Both the position numbers and the translations under genes were made by a program. Below the pieces are notes generated by a model. The model saw nothing but the letters and a program-made list of their open reading frames with translations, had not been told where the DNA came from and did no database searches. A DNA stretch of 64,000 bases from Myxococcales bacterium (GTDB taxonomy: Bacteria; Myxococcota_A; Polyangia; Polyangiales; DASUME01), in the NCBI GenBank assembly GCA_047601445.1, contig JASGJH010000001.1, forward strand, positions 3,456,001 through 3,520,000. The letters are read 5' to 3'. The stretch's first letter is position 1. Each line of letters opens with the position of its first letter. This document shows positions 1 through 10,289 of the stretch, in pieces.

Positions 1-2
1 CC

Positions 3-2378
3 TTGTTCTCTCTGGGTTCCGTGTGGCTGCTGCCAGTGCTGGGGCATGCCCAAGCCGAACCCGAACCCCCCGCCTTGCAAACCCCGGCCGCTCCGAGCTT
101 GCTGCCTCCGCGGCTGGTGAGCGCTGCTGCTCCGGCGTGGCCGGCCGACGTGGCCCCCACCGAAAGTCCGGTGGTGGTGCTCATCGAGCTCACGGTCGAT
201 CAAGCGGGCCTGCCGCAGGATCCCGCGGTGATCGAATCGGCGGGCCCAGCGTTCGACGAAGCCGCACTGGGCGCGGTGTCGGGCTTGCGCTTCGAGCCCG
301 CCACCAAGGACGGCGTCGCGATCTTGGCGCGCATCCCCTTTCGATTCGAGTTCGCGCCACCGCTTCCTCCGGCGCCCGAAATGGAGCTCCCGCCTGCAGC
401 GGTGGGCCCTGTCGAGGAGTCGCCCGAGCCGCCGGCCGCAGAGGAACCGTTGCTGGCCGACGGTCTGACGCTCGAAGTGCGCGGCGAAAAGCCGCCGCGT
501 GAGACCACCGTGCATCAGCTCAAGTCCGAAGAGATCCGCGTGATCCCCGGCACCAACGGCGACCCTCTGCGCGCCGTGGAGACCATGCCCGGCGTGGCGC
601 GTCCGCCCGGCATCGACGGACAGCTCGTGGTGCGCGGCTCGGCGCCCCAGGACACCGCAATCTTCATCGACGGCATCAGCGTGCCCATCGCCTATCACTT
701 CGGCGGCCTGGTCTCCGTGATCCCGTCGGATGCGCTCACACGCCTCGACTTTCGACCCGGCAACTTCGGCCCCGAGTTCGGCCGCGCGATGGGTGGCGTG
801 ATCGACATCGGCCTGCGCGGACCGCGCCGTGATCGCTTCGGCGGCGTGTTCCAGCTCGACGTGATCGACGGCCGCGTGATGCTCGAGGGTCCGCTGGGCA
901 AGCGCACGCGTATGATGTTGGCGGGTCGCCGCTCGTGGGTGGACACCTGGATCGGGCACACCACCGACAGCATCAAGTCTGCACCTGTCTATTACGACAG
1001 CCAGGCCATGATCGAGCACGACTTCAACTCGAAGACCACGGGCCGCGTCATGTTCTTCAGCTCGGACGACCGCATCGCGGTGTTCGCGGATCCTGGCGCG
1101 AGTGATCCCGTGGGTGGCCGCCTGTCCGCGCATCAGGGCTTCACGCGCTTGGCCTTGCGCGTGGATTCGCAGCTCACCGACAAGCTGCGCCTGGCGCAGA
1201 CCTTGAGCTGGGGCACCGAGCGCTACACGTTCAAGTTCGCGGGCGAGAACTCCAATGCGTGGCTCGGCACCTGGCAATCACGCACCGAGCTGCGCCTGCG
1301 CTTGAACGAGTGGTTCTCCGCGGTGATCGGCGCCGACGTGCAGGTGCTCCAGTACGAGACCACCATGCGCATCAAGCCCTACCCGGCCACCGACGAAGTC
1401 GATGGTCCCTACTTCGCGCGCCCGAGCCGCCTGTTCAAGGCCGATGGTTGGGTCACGCGTCCGGCGGGCTACGCGCTGCTCGAGCTCATGCCCACGCGCA
1501 ACTGGCGCATCGTCCCCGGCGTACGCGCCGACTACGGCACCGATACCGGGTTCTTCACCTTCGATCCGCGCGTCACCTCACGCCTCGACGTCCACCCGGG
1601 CTACCCGCGCACCACGCTCAAGGGCGGAGCGGGTCTGTTCCATCAGCCGCCGCAGTACCAGGAGAGCGTGGAACCCTGGGGCACCGCGGGCGTGAAGAGC
1701 AACCGCGCGCTGCACACGAGCTTCGGCATCGAGCAGGAGATCCTGCCGGCCTTCGACGTCACGCTCGAGGGCTTCTACAAGCAGCTCACCAACCTGGTGG
1801 TGGGCTTCGCCAACGAGGACGAAGCCAACAGCTTCGGCGCGCGCTTCGCCAACACCGGCCGCGGCCGAGTCTACGGCGGTGAGTTCATGCTGCGCTATCG
1901 ACCCGACGACAGCCGCTTCTTCGGCTGGATCGCCTACACGCTGTCGCGCAGCGAGCGCGCCAACACCAAGGACGAGCCCTTTCACACCTTCCAATACGAT
2001 CAGACTCACATCTTGAGCGCGCTCGGCAGCTACAAGGTGGGCCGCGGCTGGACCATCGGCGCGCGCTTCCGCTACGTCACGGGCGCACCGTACACGCCCT
2101 ACGTCGGCGGTGTGCTCGACCTCGACGCCGGCGCCTACTCGCCGATCCCGAGCAACACGCCGTACAGCGCGCGGCTCCCGGCCTTCCATCAGCTCGACCT
2201 GCGCGTGGACAAGACGTGGCAACTCCAGCACGCCAAGTTGATCGCCTACCTCGAGCTGCGCAACGCCTACAACCGCCAAAACGCCGAGGCCAAGACCTAC
2301 TCCTACGACTACGCGAACGTCAGCAACCAGAGTGGACTGCCCATCCTGCCGGTGATCGGCCTGCGAGGTGAACTGTGA
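3..2378 (+). CDS. TonB-dependent outer-membrane receptor with an N-terminal TonB C-terminal-like domain (true start may lie upstream of the window)
   Basis: Signal-like N-terminus; TonB-C-like segment (VLIELTVDQAG...FDEAALGAVSGLRFEPA...IPFRFEF); Pro-rich linker; plug motif (DPLRAVETMPGV, LVVRGS, GRAMGGVIDI); barrel end (RLPAFHQLDLRVDK...LELRNAYN...GLRGEL). Confidence 0.9.
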   Translation: MFSLGSVWLLPVLGHAQAEPEPPALQTPAAPSLLPPRLVSAAAPAWPADVAPTESPVVVLIELTVDQAGLPQDPAVIESAGPAFDEAALGAVSGLRFEPATKDGVAILARIPFRFEFAPPLPPAPEMELPPAAVGPVEESPEPPAAEEPLLADGLTLEVRGEKPPRETTVHQLKSEEIRVIPGTNGDPLRAVETMPGVARPPGIDGQLVVRGSAPQDTAIFIDGISVPIAYHFGGLVSVIPSDALTRLDFRPGNFGPEFGRAMGGVIDIGLRGPRRDRFGGVFQLDVIDGRVMLEGPLGKRTRMMLAGRRSWVDTWIGHTTDSIKSAPVYYDSQAMIEHDFNSKTTGRVMFFSSDDRIAVFADPGASDPVGGRLSAHQGFTRLALRVDSQLTDKLRLAQTLSWGTERYTFKFAGENSNAWLGTWQSRTELRLRLNEWFSAVIGADVQVLQYETTMRIKPYPATDEVDGPYFARPSRLFKADGWVTRPAGYALLELMPTRNWRIVPGVRADYGTDTGFFTFDPRVTSRLDVHPGYPRTTLKGGAGLFHQPPQYQESVEPWGTAGVKSNRALHTSFGIEQEILPAFDVTLEGFYKQLTNLVVGFANEDEANSFGARFANTGRGRVYGGEFMLRYRPDDSRFFGWIAYTLSRSERANTKDEPFHTFQYDQTHILSALGSYKVGRGWTIGARFRYVTGAPYTPYVGGVLDLDAGAYSPIPSNTPYSARLPAFHQLDLRVDKTWQLQHAKLIAYLELRNAYNRQNAEAKTYSYDYANVSNQSGLPILPVIGLRGEL

Positions 2379-3247
2379 ACCCCTACAAGAACATGGTCGT
2401 CGGCTTCGTGTTGGCCTTGAACGCCCTCGCTTGCCACGGCTGCAGCGATGACTTCGATCCTTCGTCGCGCGTGGTGAACCTGCGCGTGATCGCGGTGCAG
2501 GCGGATCGCCCCTCGGCGGCCCCCGGTCAACAGGTGCGACTCGACGCGCTCTACTTCGATCCCGAGGGCCGCGCGCTCAGCTGGGCCTGGGGTCTCTGCG
2601 GCAGTGAGGCGTCCTCCTCGGCGCTGTCCTGCGCGCAGACCCTCGACCTGCGGGCGATGAGCATCGGCCAGGCGTCGTCCTTCGAGTTCACCGTCCCCGC
2701 GGCGCCGGCCGGCAGCACGGCCTATGACTCGGTGGGCATCGCCGTGATCGCTTGTCCTGGCACGCTCCAGCCGGGCGACACCGTGGGCATCCCTGTCTCG
2801 TGCGTGGACGCCTCCGGGCTCGCCCTGGATATCAACGCCTTCGAGGTGGGCATGAAGCGGGTCTTCGTGCGCGACCACGATGAGAACCACAACCCGCAGA
2901 TCGAGATGGTGCTGTGGGATGGTGAGCGCTGGCCGGAGGGCGAGCTGCGCGAGGCCGGCTGTGACGCCGACGGCAAGAAGTGCAAGAAGCACAAGCTCGA
3001 GGTGCGCGCCCCGGACGCCCAGGAGCGAGCCACCGATGTCGACGGGCGCTCGATCCAGGAGCAGGCCGTGACGCAGTTCTACGCCACCGGCGGGACCTTC
3101 GAGGACGACGTGCGAGTCGTCGACGAGGCGGACACCACCTGGCAGCCGCGGGCGGAGGACCGGGGCCAGGTGTTGACCCTGTGGTTCGTGGTGCGAGACG
3201 ACCGCGGAGGCGTTACCTGGACCGAACGCCAGGTGCGTGTTCCGTAA
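2375..3247 (+). CDS. Putative lipoprotein partner of the TonB-dependent receptor
   Basis: GTGA overlap with the receptor stop; hydrophobic leader ending in Cys (ALACHGCSDDF); LRVIAVQADRP and LWFVVRDDRGGVTW segments typical of myxobacterial receptor-associated lipoproteins. Confidence 0.7.
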   Translation: MNPYKNMVVGFVLALNALACHGCSDDFDPSSRVVNLRVIAVQADRPSAAPGQQVRLDALYFDPEGRALSWAWGLCGSEASSSALSCAQTLDLRAMSIGQASSFEFTVPAAPAGSTAYDSVGIAVIACPGTLQPGDTVGIPVSCVDASGLALDINAFEVGMKRVFVRDHDENHNPQIEMVLWDGERWPEGELREAGCDADGKKCKKHKLEVRAPDAQERATDVDGRSIQEQAVTQFYATGGTFEDDVRVVDEADTTWQPRAEDRGQVLTLWFVVRDDRGGVTWTERQVRVP

Positions 3248-3440
3248 GTGGCACAGCATCCAGTTCGATCGCATGCGCAGTGTAGGTCTTTACGACACAT
3301 ACGACCGAAGACGCCGCCGGGAGTTGGGGTCCCACCGAAATCAAGATGTCATTCTGGAGCCTTGGAGTCTTACAATCGGATCAGCCGAGCACGCCGGGCG
3401 ACGCGGCGGAGCGGGTAGGTTAGAGGCGGCACTCTCGATC

Positions 3441-5009
3441 GTGGGCATACGTTCTGGTTCGCACATCGCTGCGCGCTTCCCCGTCTTGCGCACCATCAAA
3501 CGGGCGAGCACATGGCTCCTGCTCGGAGCCATGCTGGCCCTGTTGTGCTGCTCGCCTGCCGTGGCCCAGTCGACAGAGGCGCCGCCGCCGAACCGTGAGC
3601 TCGGAGCATCCGGAAATGCGCTCTGCGGATTGATCCTCACCGCCATGCCCACGTGCCCAGTCAAGCGCGTGACGCTCGCACTCACCACGGGCTACGGCTA
3701 CACGGAGAGCATCGGTCCGGTGGAAGGATCCCACAGCCGCCTGTCGGGCGTGCTCGCAGCCTCCTACGTGCCGCTCGACTGGTTGGCCTTGGCGCTCACG
3801 CTCGACGGACGCGTCGATCTGCACCCGGACGACATGCTCGGGAAGAATCGGACGGCCACCGGCGAGCCGAGCCTGACCGTCCGCGCAGGTCGCATGTTGC
3901 CCAAGGGCATGTCCGCGGGCGGCGAGCTCGTGCTGTGGTTCCCCGGCAACGACGCACCGTCGTTCGAGCCCTCCGCGATCTCGGCCGACATGAAGGCGCT
4001 CTTCGCGTGGGCCCCGAGCAAGAAGCGCTACAGCCTGCTGGCCAACCTCGGCTTCCGCTTCGACAACAGTGCCAACAGCGCCCCCGATCTACGCCGGGTA
4101 CGCCCCGGTGACCGCATCGCGCTCGGGCTGAGCGACTCTCACGCCTTCCTGGTCGCGCTCGGCGGGGCCTACCGCGTGGGCGACAAGACCCAGGTCTTCG
4201 GCGAAGTGAGCGCCGATCTCCTGTTCGGCTCCGACGCCCCCTCGCTGTTCAAGTCGCCCTGGCGAGTCAGCGCAGGCTCGCGCTACTTCCTGCCGAACAG
4301 GAAGTTCGTGGCCGAGGCCAATCTGACCGTGGGCTTGAGCGGGCGGCCGGGTGTCGCGCCCACGGATCCGCTGGTGCCCATCGAGCCGCGCATCTCGTTC
4401 AACGTCGGCATTCGCTACAACGCCTGGGAGCCGCCGCCACCGCCGGTTGCAGCGGTCGTGGAGCAGGAGAAGCCGAACGTACTCAAGACCACCGACACCA
4501 TCACGGGCGTGGTGCTCGACGATACCGGTGCGCCGCTGCCCGAGGCCGCGGTGAAGATCGTGGGCACCGACCCGGAGCAGACCGAGAGATCGGCCGTGAC
4601 CAACGCCAGCGGACGCTACCTGCTTACCGACGTTCCCTTCGGACACGTCCAGCTGGAGGCCACCGCCGTGGGCTTCCAGCCGCAGACCTGGGAGACCGAC
4701 GTGTACGCGGGCATGCCCGAGCAGACAGCGCGCACGCTGGTGCAGGAGACCCACGAGGGCGGTCTGCTGCGCGGTCTCATCCGCAGCTTCGGCAGCACAC
4801 CGCTCAACGCGCAGATCACCGTCCTCAACAAGCGCGGCAAGCAGGTCGCGCAAGTGAACACCGACTCGCAGGGCCGCTTCGAGGTTTCGCTGCAGGAAGG
4901 CAAATACCGCGTTGTGGTAAAGGCCACAGGCTACAAGCAGCACCGCGGCGAGATCCAAATCTCGAGCAGCGGCGTGGCGATTCTCAACGTCGACATGCGT
5001 CAGGAGTGA
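3441..5009 (+). CDS. Secreted/outer-membrane protein: probable beta-barrel plus two carboxypeptidase-regulatory-like (prealbumin-fold) domains
   Basis: Signal peptide (LLGAMLALLCCSPAVAQ); amphipathic beta-strand region; PPPPP linker; two repeats of ITGVVLDDTGAPLPEAAVKI...TNASGRY and TDSQGRFEVSLQEGKYRVVVKATGY. Start uncertain (GTG 3441 or ATG 3531). Confidence 0.7.
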   Translation: MGIRSGSHIAARFPVLRTIKRASTWLLLGAMLALLCCSPAVAQSTEAPPPNRELGASGNALCGLILTAMPTCPVKRVTLALTTGYGYTESIGPVEGSHSRLSGVLAASYVPLDWLALALTLDGRVDLHPDDMLGKNRTATGEPSLTVRAGRMLPKGMSAGGELVLWFPGNDAPSFEPSAISADMKALFAWAPSKKRYSLLANLGFRFDNSANSAPDLRRVRPGDRIALGLSDSHAFLVALGGAYRVGDKTQVFGEVSADLLFGSDAPSLFKSPWRVSAGSRYFLPNRKFVAEANLTVGLSGRPGVAPTDPLVPIEPRISFNVGIRYNAWEPPPPPVAAVVEQEKPNVLKTTDTITGVVLDDTGAPLPEAAVKIVGTDPEQTERSAVTNASGRYLLTDVPFGHVQLEATAVGFQPQTWETDVYAGMPEQTARTLVQETHEGGLLRGLIRSFGSTPLNAQITVLNKRGKQVAQVNTDSQGRFEVSLQEGKYRVVVKATGYKQHRGEIQISSSGVAILNVDMRQE

Positions 5010-5082
5010 TGTCGGTTTTTTGTTGACCCGGGGGCCCGGAACGCGGGATGCGAGCATCGGCAACGAGAAGGTGAGGCCGACG

Positions 5083-6213
5083 ATGCTTGGTGGAAGATTG
5101 GGTCAACGCTGGACCCCCCTCAGTCAATCTGCATTGGGTTTGCTCGGACTGGCGCTGGTCAGTGCGGTCGCTGCGTGCGGCGATAGTCCCGACTCCGATG
5201 GCGACACGATGGGCGAAGAGCAGCCCTTCGATCGCAAGTGGGACACGATGCAGTTCCCCGACGCGTTCTGCCGCGATGGGTCCAATGCGAGCATCCTCAT
5301 CAGCAAGAATCCGAACTCGAAGAACCTGATGATCTTCCTCGAGGGCGGCGGTGCTTGCTACGACGACCTGACCTGCCTGGCGAACCCGCCCTCCACCCTC
5401 GTTCTGCCCATGACCGACGGTATCTGGGACGAAACGAAGAAGAACAATCCAGTCAAGGGCTGGAACATGGTCTACGTGCCCTACTGCACCGGCGACTCGC
5501 ACTCGGGCACCAACCCGGCCGGCGTGGTGCCCAAGGTGGCCGGCACCCAGAAGTTCGTGGGCTACACGAACATGGGCATCTTCCTCAAGGCCATCGTGCC
5601 GATGTTCCCGGACATCGAGAAGGTGCTGCTCACGGGCATCAGCGCAGGCGGCTTCGGCGCGTCGGCCAACACGGTGCAGGTGATGAACGCCTTCCCGAGC
5701 AACGTGAAGGGCGTGCTGCTGGACGACTCCGGCCCCGCCATGTCGAGCAAGTACCTGGCGCCCTGTCTGCAGGAGCGCTGGCGCAACCTGTGGGGCCTCG
5801 ACAACTCGATGCTCAAGGACTGCGGCACGGACTGTCCGAACCAGAACGACTTCGTGCTCGACTTCAGCAAGCACCTGGCCAAGACCTATGGCGACCGCAA
5901 GTCGGGCATCATCGAGGCGAGCGAAGACGGAGTGATCACGCGCTTCTTCGGCGTCGGTCAGAACGAGTGCACGGGATCCTTCGTCGGCGCCGGCATCCCC
6001 GGCCCGACCTTCACCGAAGGCCTGCTCGACTTCCGCGCGCAGCTCGCGCCGTACCCCAACTTCTACACCTATTTCCCGTCGGGCGACAAAGCCCAGCAGC
6101 ACACCTGGCTGACCAGCAACTCGCTCTACGAGTACAAGGTCGGCGATGTGGCGATGATCGACTGGGTCACGGCCATCATCAATGGCGAAGCCACGGTCAA
6201 CGCGGGCCCCTGA
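5083..6213 (+). CDS. Pectin acetylesterase/Notum-family alpha/beta hydrolase lipoprotein
   Basis: Lipobox VAAC; family motifs CRDGS, IFLEGGGAC, VYVPYCTGDSHSG, nucleophile elbow LTGISAGGFG, DDSGP, C-terminal His (QHTWL). Confidence 0.85.
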   Translation: MLGGRLGQRWTPLSQSALGLLGLALVSAVAACGDSPDSDGDTMGEEQPFDRKWDTMQFPDAFCRDGSNASILISKNPNSKNLMIFLEGGGACYDDLTCLANPPSTLVLPMTDGIWDETKKNNPVKGWNMVYVPYCTGDSHSGTNPAGVVPKVAGTQKFVGYTNMGIFLKAIVPMFPDIEKVLLTGISAGGFGASANTVQVMNAFPSNVKGVLLDDSGPAMSSKYLAPCLQERWRNLWGLDNSMLKDCGTDCPNQNDFVLDFSKHLAKTYGDRKSGIIEASEDGVITRFFGVGQNECTGSFVGAGIPGPTFTEGLLDFRAQLAPYPNFYTYFPSGDKAQQHTWLTSNSLYEYKVGDVAMIDWVTAIINGEATVNAGP

Positions 6214-6230
6214 AGAGATAGAGCAGCACC

Positions 6231-7817
6231 ATGACCTTGATTCGTGCGCGTGACGCGCGGCAGCGCGGCCGGGCACTCGCGCTGTCGTTGTTCGGACTCC
6301 TCGGTCTGCAAGCCAGCGCGGCCCACGCTGCGGGCTTCGAGCTCAACCCGCCCGGCACGCGCGCCCTCGGCCGTGCCGGCACCGGCGTGGCCGGTGCGGA
6401 CGACGCGCTCGGAGTGTTCCTGAACCCCGCCACCATCCTGGCCAACCAGTCGCGCTTGGAGGCGGCGCTGTCGCTGCAGGCAAACCTGAGCGACACGTGC
6501 ATGACGCGCGTGACGGTCAACGCCACCATCGGTGCCGACGGCCAGGTCGACGGGCCTCAGACGGCAGGGCCGCGTTTGCCCAAGGCCTGCGATGACGGTG
6601 GGTTCGCGCTGATCCCAGAGCTCGCCAACACGTTGCGCCTCGGTGATCGCTTCGCCGTGAGCCTCGGCCTGTTCGCGCCCACCGCACCGAGCATGCAGAG
6701 CAAGTTCGGCAACCCCAAGACGGGTACCCTCGACGGCAAGTCGGGCGAGGACCGCCCCGATCAGCGTACGGGCACGCGCTACCTGATGATGGAGCAAAAG
6801 GCCTTCCAGGTCTTTCCGACGCTGGGTGCTGCCTACGAGCCATTCAAGCAGCTGCGCCTGGGTGCCTCCTTCGGCTGGGGTGTCACCAAGGTCGACTTCA
6901 CGAACGCCGTCTTCTCGCACGCCTTCGTGAACACCACGGCCTATAGCGACATCTCCAATCGCCTCACGGGCACCGACGCCTTCGTGCCTCGCGTGCAAGT
7001 GGGCGCCTGGACCCAGCCGAGCCTGGAGCTGCCGCTCGAGTTCGGTGCCAACTTCACCTGGACCCAGGATGTGCAGCTGCACAACGCCCATATGCGGTTG
7101 CGCGGGCTCAACACGGACATCGTGCCGCCCGAGTTCGCGGCGCTCTCGGACAAGCCCAAGGTCGCGGGCGACTTCGACCACATCGACATGAAGGTGCCGT
7201 CCGTCTCGCAGCTCTCGCTGGGCGCCCGCTACGCCAAGCGCCTGGACACTCCCGTGGACGCTGTGGGCGACCGACTCTCGCGCGAGCGCTTCGACCTGGA
7301 GTTCAACCTCCAGACCACGTTCGGCAAGAACATGGACAGCGTGACCGTGGATGCACCCGCTGGCTATCTGGTCAGGGTGGCGTCTCCGCCGCCCGGCGTC
7401 CTCGCGCCCTTCTCGGTGCCGATCCCCGAGCACGTCGCCATCCCGCACCGCTGGAAGACCCAGTACAGCCTGCGGCTTGGCGGCGACTACAACCCGATCC
7501 CTGGCTTGCTCGGCCTGCGCGCGGGCGTCAGCTACGAGACCAACGGGGTCACCCAGGGGTACCAGAACATCGACTTCACCCCATTTGAGAACGTGGGCAT
7601 CCACCTGGGTGCCACGCTGCGCTTGGCCAAGAAGTTCGATATTTCGCTGGCCTTCGCCCATTTCATGTTCCCTGACGTCAAGGTCGCCGCGGCTGAGGCA
7701 CGGGTGCGCCGGGTCACCAGCGGCCTCAACTCGGTCCAGGACGCGGCCATCGTCAACGCCGGCACGTACACGCGGAGCACCACCAGCTTCGCGCTCCAGC
7801 TCGGCGCGCACTTCTAG
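6231..7817 (+). CDS. FadL/OmpP1/TodX-family outer-membrane transporter
   Basis: Signal ending AHA followed by AGFEL...GTRALGRAG...A..NPA hatch motif; beta-barrel pattern; C-terminal Phe. Confidence 0.85.
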   Translation: MTLIRARDARQRGRALALSLFGLLGLQASAAHAAGFELNPPGTRALGRAGTGVAGADDALGVFLNPATILANQSRLEAALSLQANLSDTCMTRVTVNATIGADGQVDGPQTAGPRLPKACDDGGFALIPELANTLRLGDRFAVSLGLFAPTAPSMQSKFGNPKTGTLDGKSGEDRPDQRTGTRYLMMEQKAFQVFPTLGAAYEPFKQLRLGASFGWGVTKVDFTNAVFSHAFVNTTAYSDISNRLTGTDAFVPRVQVGAWTQPSLELPLEFGANFTWTQDVQLHNAHMRLRGLNTDIVPPEFAALSDKPKVAGDFDHIDMKVPSVSQLSLGARYAKRLDTPVDAVGDRLSRERFDLEFNLQTTFGKNMDSVTVDAPAGYLVRVASPPPGVLAPFSVPIPEHVAIPHRWKTQYSLRLGGDYNPIPGLLGLRAGVSYETNGVTQGYQNIDFTPFENVGIHLGATLRLAKKFDISLAFAHFMFPDVKVAAAEARVRRVTSGLNSVQDAAIVNAGTYTRSTTSFALQLGAHF

Positions 7818-7871
7818 ACCACCCGCGGGTCACCTGCCGGTGGACCGTCCTCGGTGTTACGCTTGCTCTGA

Positions 7872-9992
7872 GTGAGCGTGGAGCCCGAACGAAGGTCCCT
7901 GCGTGCGCCTTCCGCCTTGGCGAGGGCTTGGCAGGCGCTCACCGTGGCCTCCCCACTCATCGAAGACCTGGCCACGCGCCGCAAGTCCCAGCTGCTCTCG
8001 GCCGGTCTGCTGATCATGACCAGCGTGTTCATGGTCGTGGACACGACCTACCTGCTCACCAGCCCGAACTACACGCCGCCTTACTACGGCTACGTGTTCT
8101 TGCTGGGAAGCTACGCCCTGAACTTGATGGGGCGCTACCGCGCTGCCGTCACCACCGTGTTCGCGATGTTGACCATCGTCCCCGTCGCGCACGTGTCGGG
8201 CCTGGGGGCCGCCTACCCTCAGATGTCGTTGAGCTACCTCGCGCTCGGTCCATGCCTGGGCGCGACGTTGCTCTCGGTGCGCGGGGTGGCCTTGCTGTGC
8301 GGCATCAACCTGGCGGCCCTCTGGCTGACTCCCCACCTCGGGCAAGGCACCATCACGACTGCCCTCCTGGTGGGCCCCATGTCGCTCACGGCGGTGGCAG
8401 GTCTGCTCGCGCTGCTCAGCATGTTGCATCGCGGGCACCTCGAGCGCGATCGCCTGCACGAGCTCGCCGAGAGCGAGCAGCGCCTGCGTATGGCCCTCGA
8501 AGCCGCGCGCATGGGCATCTTCGACGTCGACGCGCGCTCCGGCAAGGCGATCACCACGCCGGGTGTGGCGCGCATGTTGGGGCTCGGTCCAGGCGCCGCG
8601 ATGGACCACTATCAGCGCTATCGAAAATCGATTCACCCGGAGGACTTGGCTGGACTCGAAGCAGCCCTCGAACAGCCCACGGGCCCCGAGGGTCAAGTGC
8701 TCTCGCTGTCCCATCGCGTGATCTGGCCCGATGGCTCGGTGCACTGGCTCGATGCCAGTGGACGCGCGATCTTCGACGCGCAAGGCCGCGTGGTGCGGCG
8801 CATGGGGACCCTGGTGGACGTCACCGACAAGAAGCTGCTGGAGGAGCAGCTGCGTCAGGTGCAGAAGCTGGAGGCGGTGGGCAGGCTGGCAGGCGGCGTG
8901 GCCCACGACTTCAACAACCTGCTAACGGTGATCCTGGGCAACATCGAGCTGCTCAAGCTGCACAAGCACACCAACGCGCTGCACGACATCGAGCAGGCCG
9001 CGCTATCGGCCGCCACCCTGACCCAGCAGCTGTTGGCGTTCAGCCGGCGCGCGATGATCAACCCGCAGGTCGTGATGCTGGACGAGGCCTTGAAGAAGAC
9101 CACCAAGATGCTCGAGCGCATCATCGGCGAGGACGTGCGCACCCAGCTCGTGCTGTGCGAGAGCCCGTGGAGCACGCGGGTGGACGAGGGCCAGATCCAG
9201 CAAATCGTGCTGAACCTGGCGACCAACGCGCGCGACGCCATGCCCCAGGGCGGCCTGCTGACCATCTCCACCGAGAACGCCTCGCTCTCCGCCGAGGAGG
9301 CGCGACGCTTCGATGGCGCGCGTGCCGGCGACTACGTGTTGTTGAGCGTGAAGGACACCGGCGCGGGCATGTCTGCGGAGACCATCACGCGCGTGTTCGA
9401 ACCGTTCTTCACCACCAAGCCCGCGGGCAAGGGCACGGGACTCGGTCTCGCCATGGTGTTCGGGCTCGTCGCGCAGAGCGAGGGCTTCATCGCGGTGGAC
9501 TCGGTGGTGGGCATGGGCACGACCTTCAAGTTGTTCTTCCCGCGGGCACCGGTGCGCGAGAGCCGCCCGCCCAAGCACCTCGAACGAGCGCCTGACACGG
9601 GCTCGGAGACCTTGCTCCTGGTCGAAGACGAAGCGGGCGTGCGCGACGTGACCAAGAGCCTGCTCGAGCTCGCGGGTTACAGCGTGCTCGCGGCGCAGTC
9701 CCCGGATGCAGCCAAGCGTGTATGGAGCGAATACAAGCATCGCATCGCGCTGGTGATCACCGACGTGGTGATGCCCGAAGGGTCCGGCCACGAGCTGGCC
9801 GCCGCACTGCGTGCGCAGCGACCGGACCTGCCCGTGCTGTTCATCACCGGGTACGACCCTACCTCCGGTGACGAGGACGCCGACGGCCCCACCTTGCCCA
9901 AGCCTTTCACGCGCGAAGAGCTCCTCGCGCAGGTGCGGCGAATGCTCGATCAACACGCGATAAAGCGCTCCGCAGCGGGCGCGCGCAGCTGA
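7872..9992 (+). CDS. Membrane-bound hybrid sensor histidine kinase/response regulator with PAS domain
   Basis: Multiple TM helices; PAS (IHPED...WPDGSVHWL); H-box GGVAHDFNNLL; N box NARDAM; G boxes DTGAGM and GTGLGL; receiver (LLVEDE, TDVVMP, PKPF). Confidence 0.95.
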   Translation: MSVEPERRSLRAPSALARAWQALTVASPLIEDLATRRKSQLLSAGLLIMTSVFMVVDTTYLLTSPNYTPPYYGYVFLLGSYALNLMGRYRAAVTTVFAMLTIVPVAHVSGLGAAYPQMSLSYLALGPCLGATLLSVRGVALLCGINLAALWLTPHLGQGTITTALLVGPMSLTAVAGLLALLSMLHRGHLERDRLHELAESEQRLRMALEAARMGIFDVDARSGKAITTPGVARMLGLGPGAAMDHYQRYRKSIHPEDLAGLEAALEQPTGPEGQVLSLSHRVIWPDGSVHWLDASGRAIFDAQGRVVRRMGTLVDVTDKKLLEEQLRQVQKLEAVGRLAGGVAHDFNNLLTVILGNIELLKLHKHTNALHDIEQAALSAATLTQQLLAFSRRAMINPQVVMLDEALKKTTKMLERIIGEDVRTQLVLCESPWSTRVDEGQIQQIVLNLATNARDAMPQGGLLTISTENASLSAEEARRFDGARAGDYVLLSVKDTGAGMSAETITRVFEPFFTTKPAGKGTGLGLAMVFGLVAQSEGFIAVDSVVGMGTTFKLFFPRAPVRESRPPKHLERAPDTGSETLLLVEDEAGVRDVTKSLLELAGYSVLAAQSPDAAKRVWSEYKHRIALVITDVVMPEGSGHELAAALRAQRPDLPVLFITGYDPTSGDEDADGPTLPKPFTREELLAQVRRMLDQHAIKRSAAGARS

Positions 9993-10289
9993 CCCGCACG
10001 TGTAGGACAAGACACGACTCGCCCCTTTGTTGACGTGCGTGACGGTCCGTGGGCGTGGCGTCGCTGCCCTCCTCAGCATCCCGCGTAGCCTCTCCGACTG
10101 GCACGGCTTAGCGGCGCACGAGACGCCGTGACCGAGCTGCGGTGAAAGCCCCGCAGAGGGCCATTTTCCAGCGTGACACGCGCGTTCGATTGCTAGACCG
10201 AAACCACCTCGCAGCGACCTGCGCGTCGCACCGAGCGAGCTGATTTCTCAGTGCAAACCAAACACCTACATCGGTATCAGGAGTGTGGA

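Noticed and set aside
10099..10113. Sigma54-like TGGCACGGCTTAGC (and TGGCACGTGTTGC on the minus strand near 28990-29002)
   Set aside because: GG-to-GC spacing is 9 and 8 nt respectively, not the required 10.
10137..10156. GAAA-loop hairpin upstream of the putative glycoside hydrolase as a riboswitch
   Set aside because: A single short stem, with no recognisable aptamer consensus.
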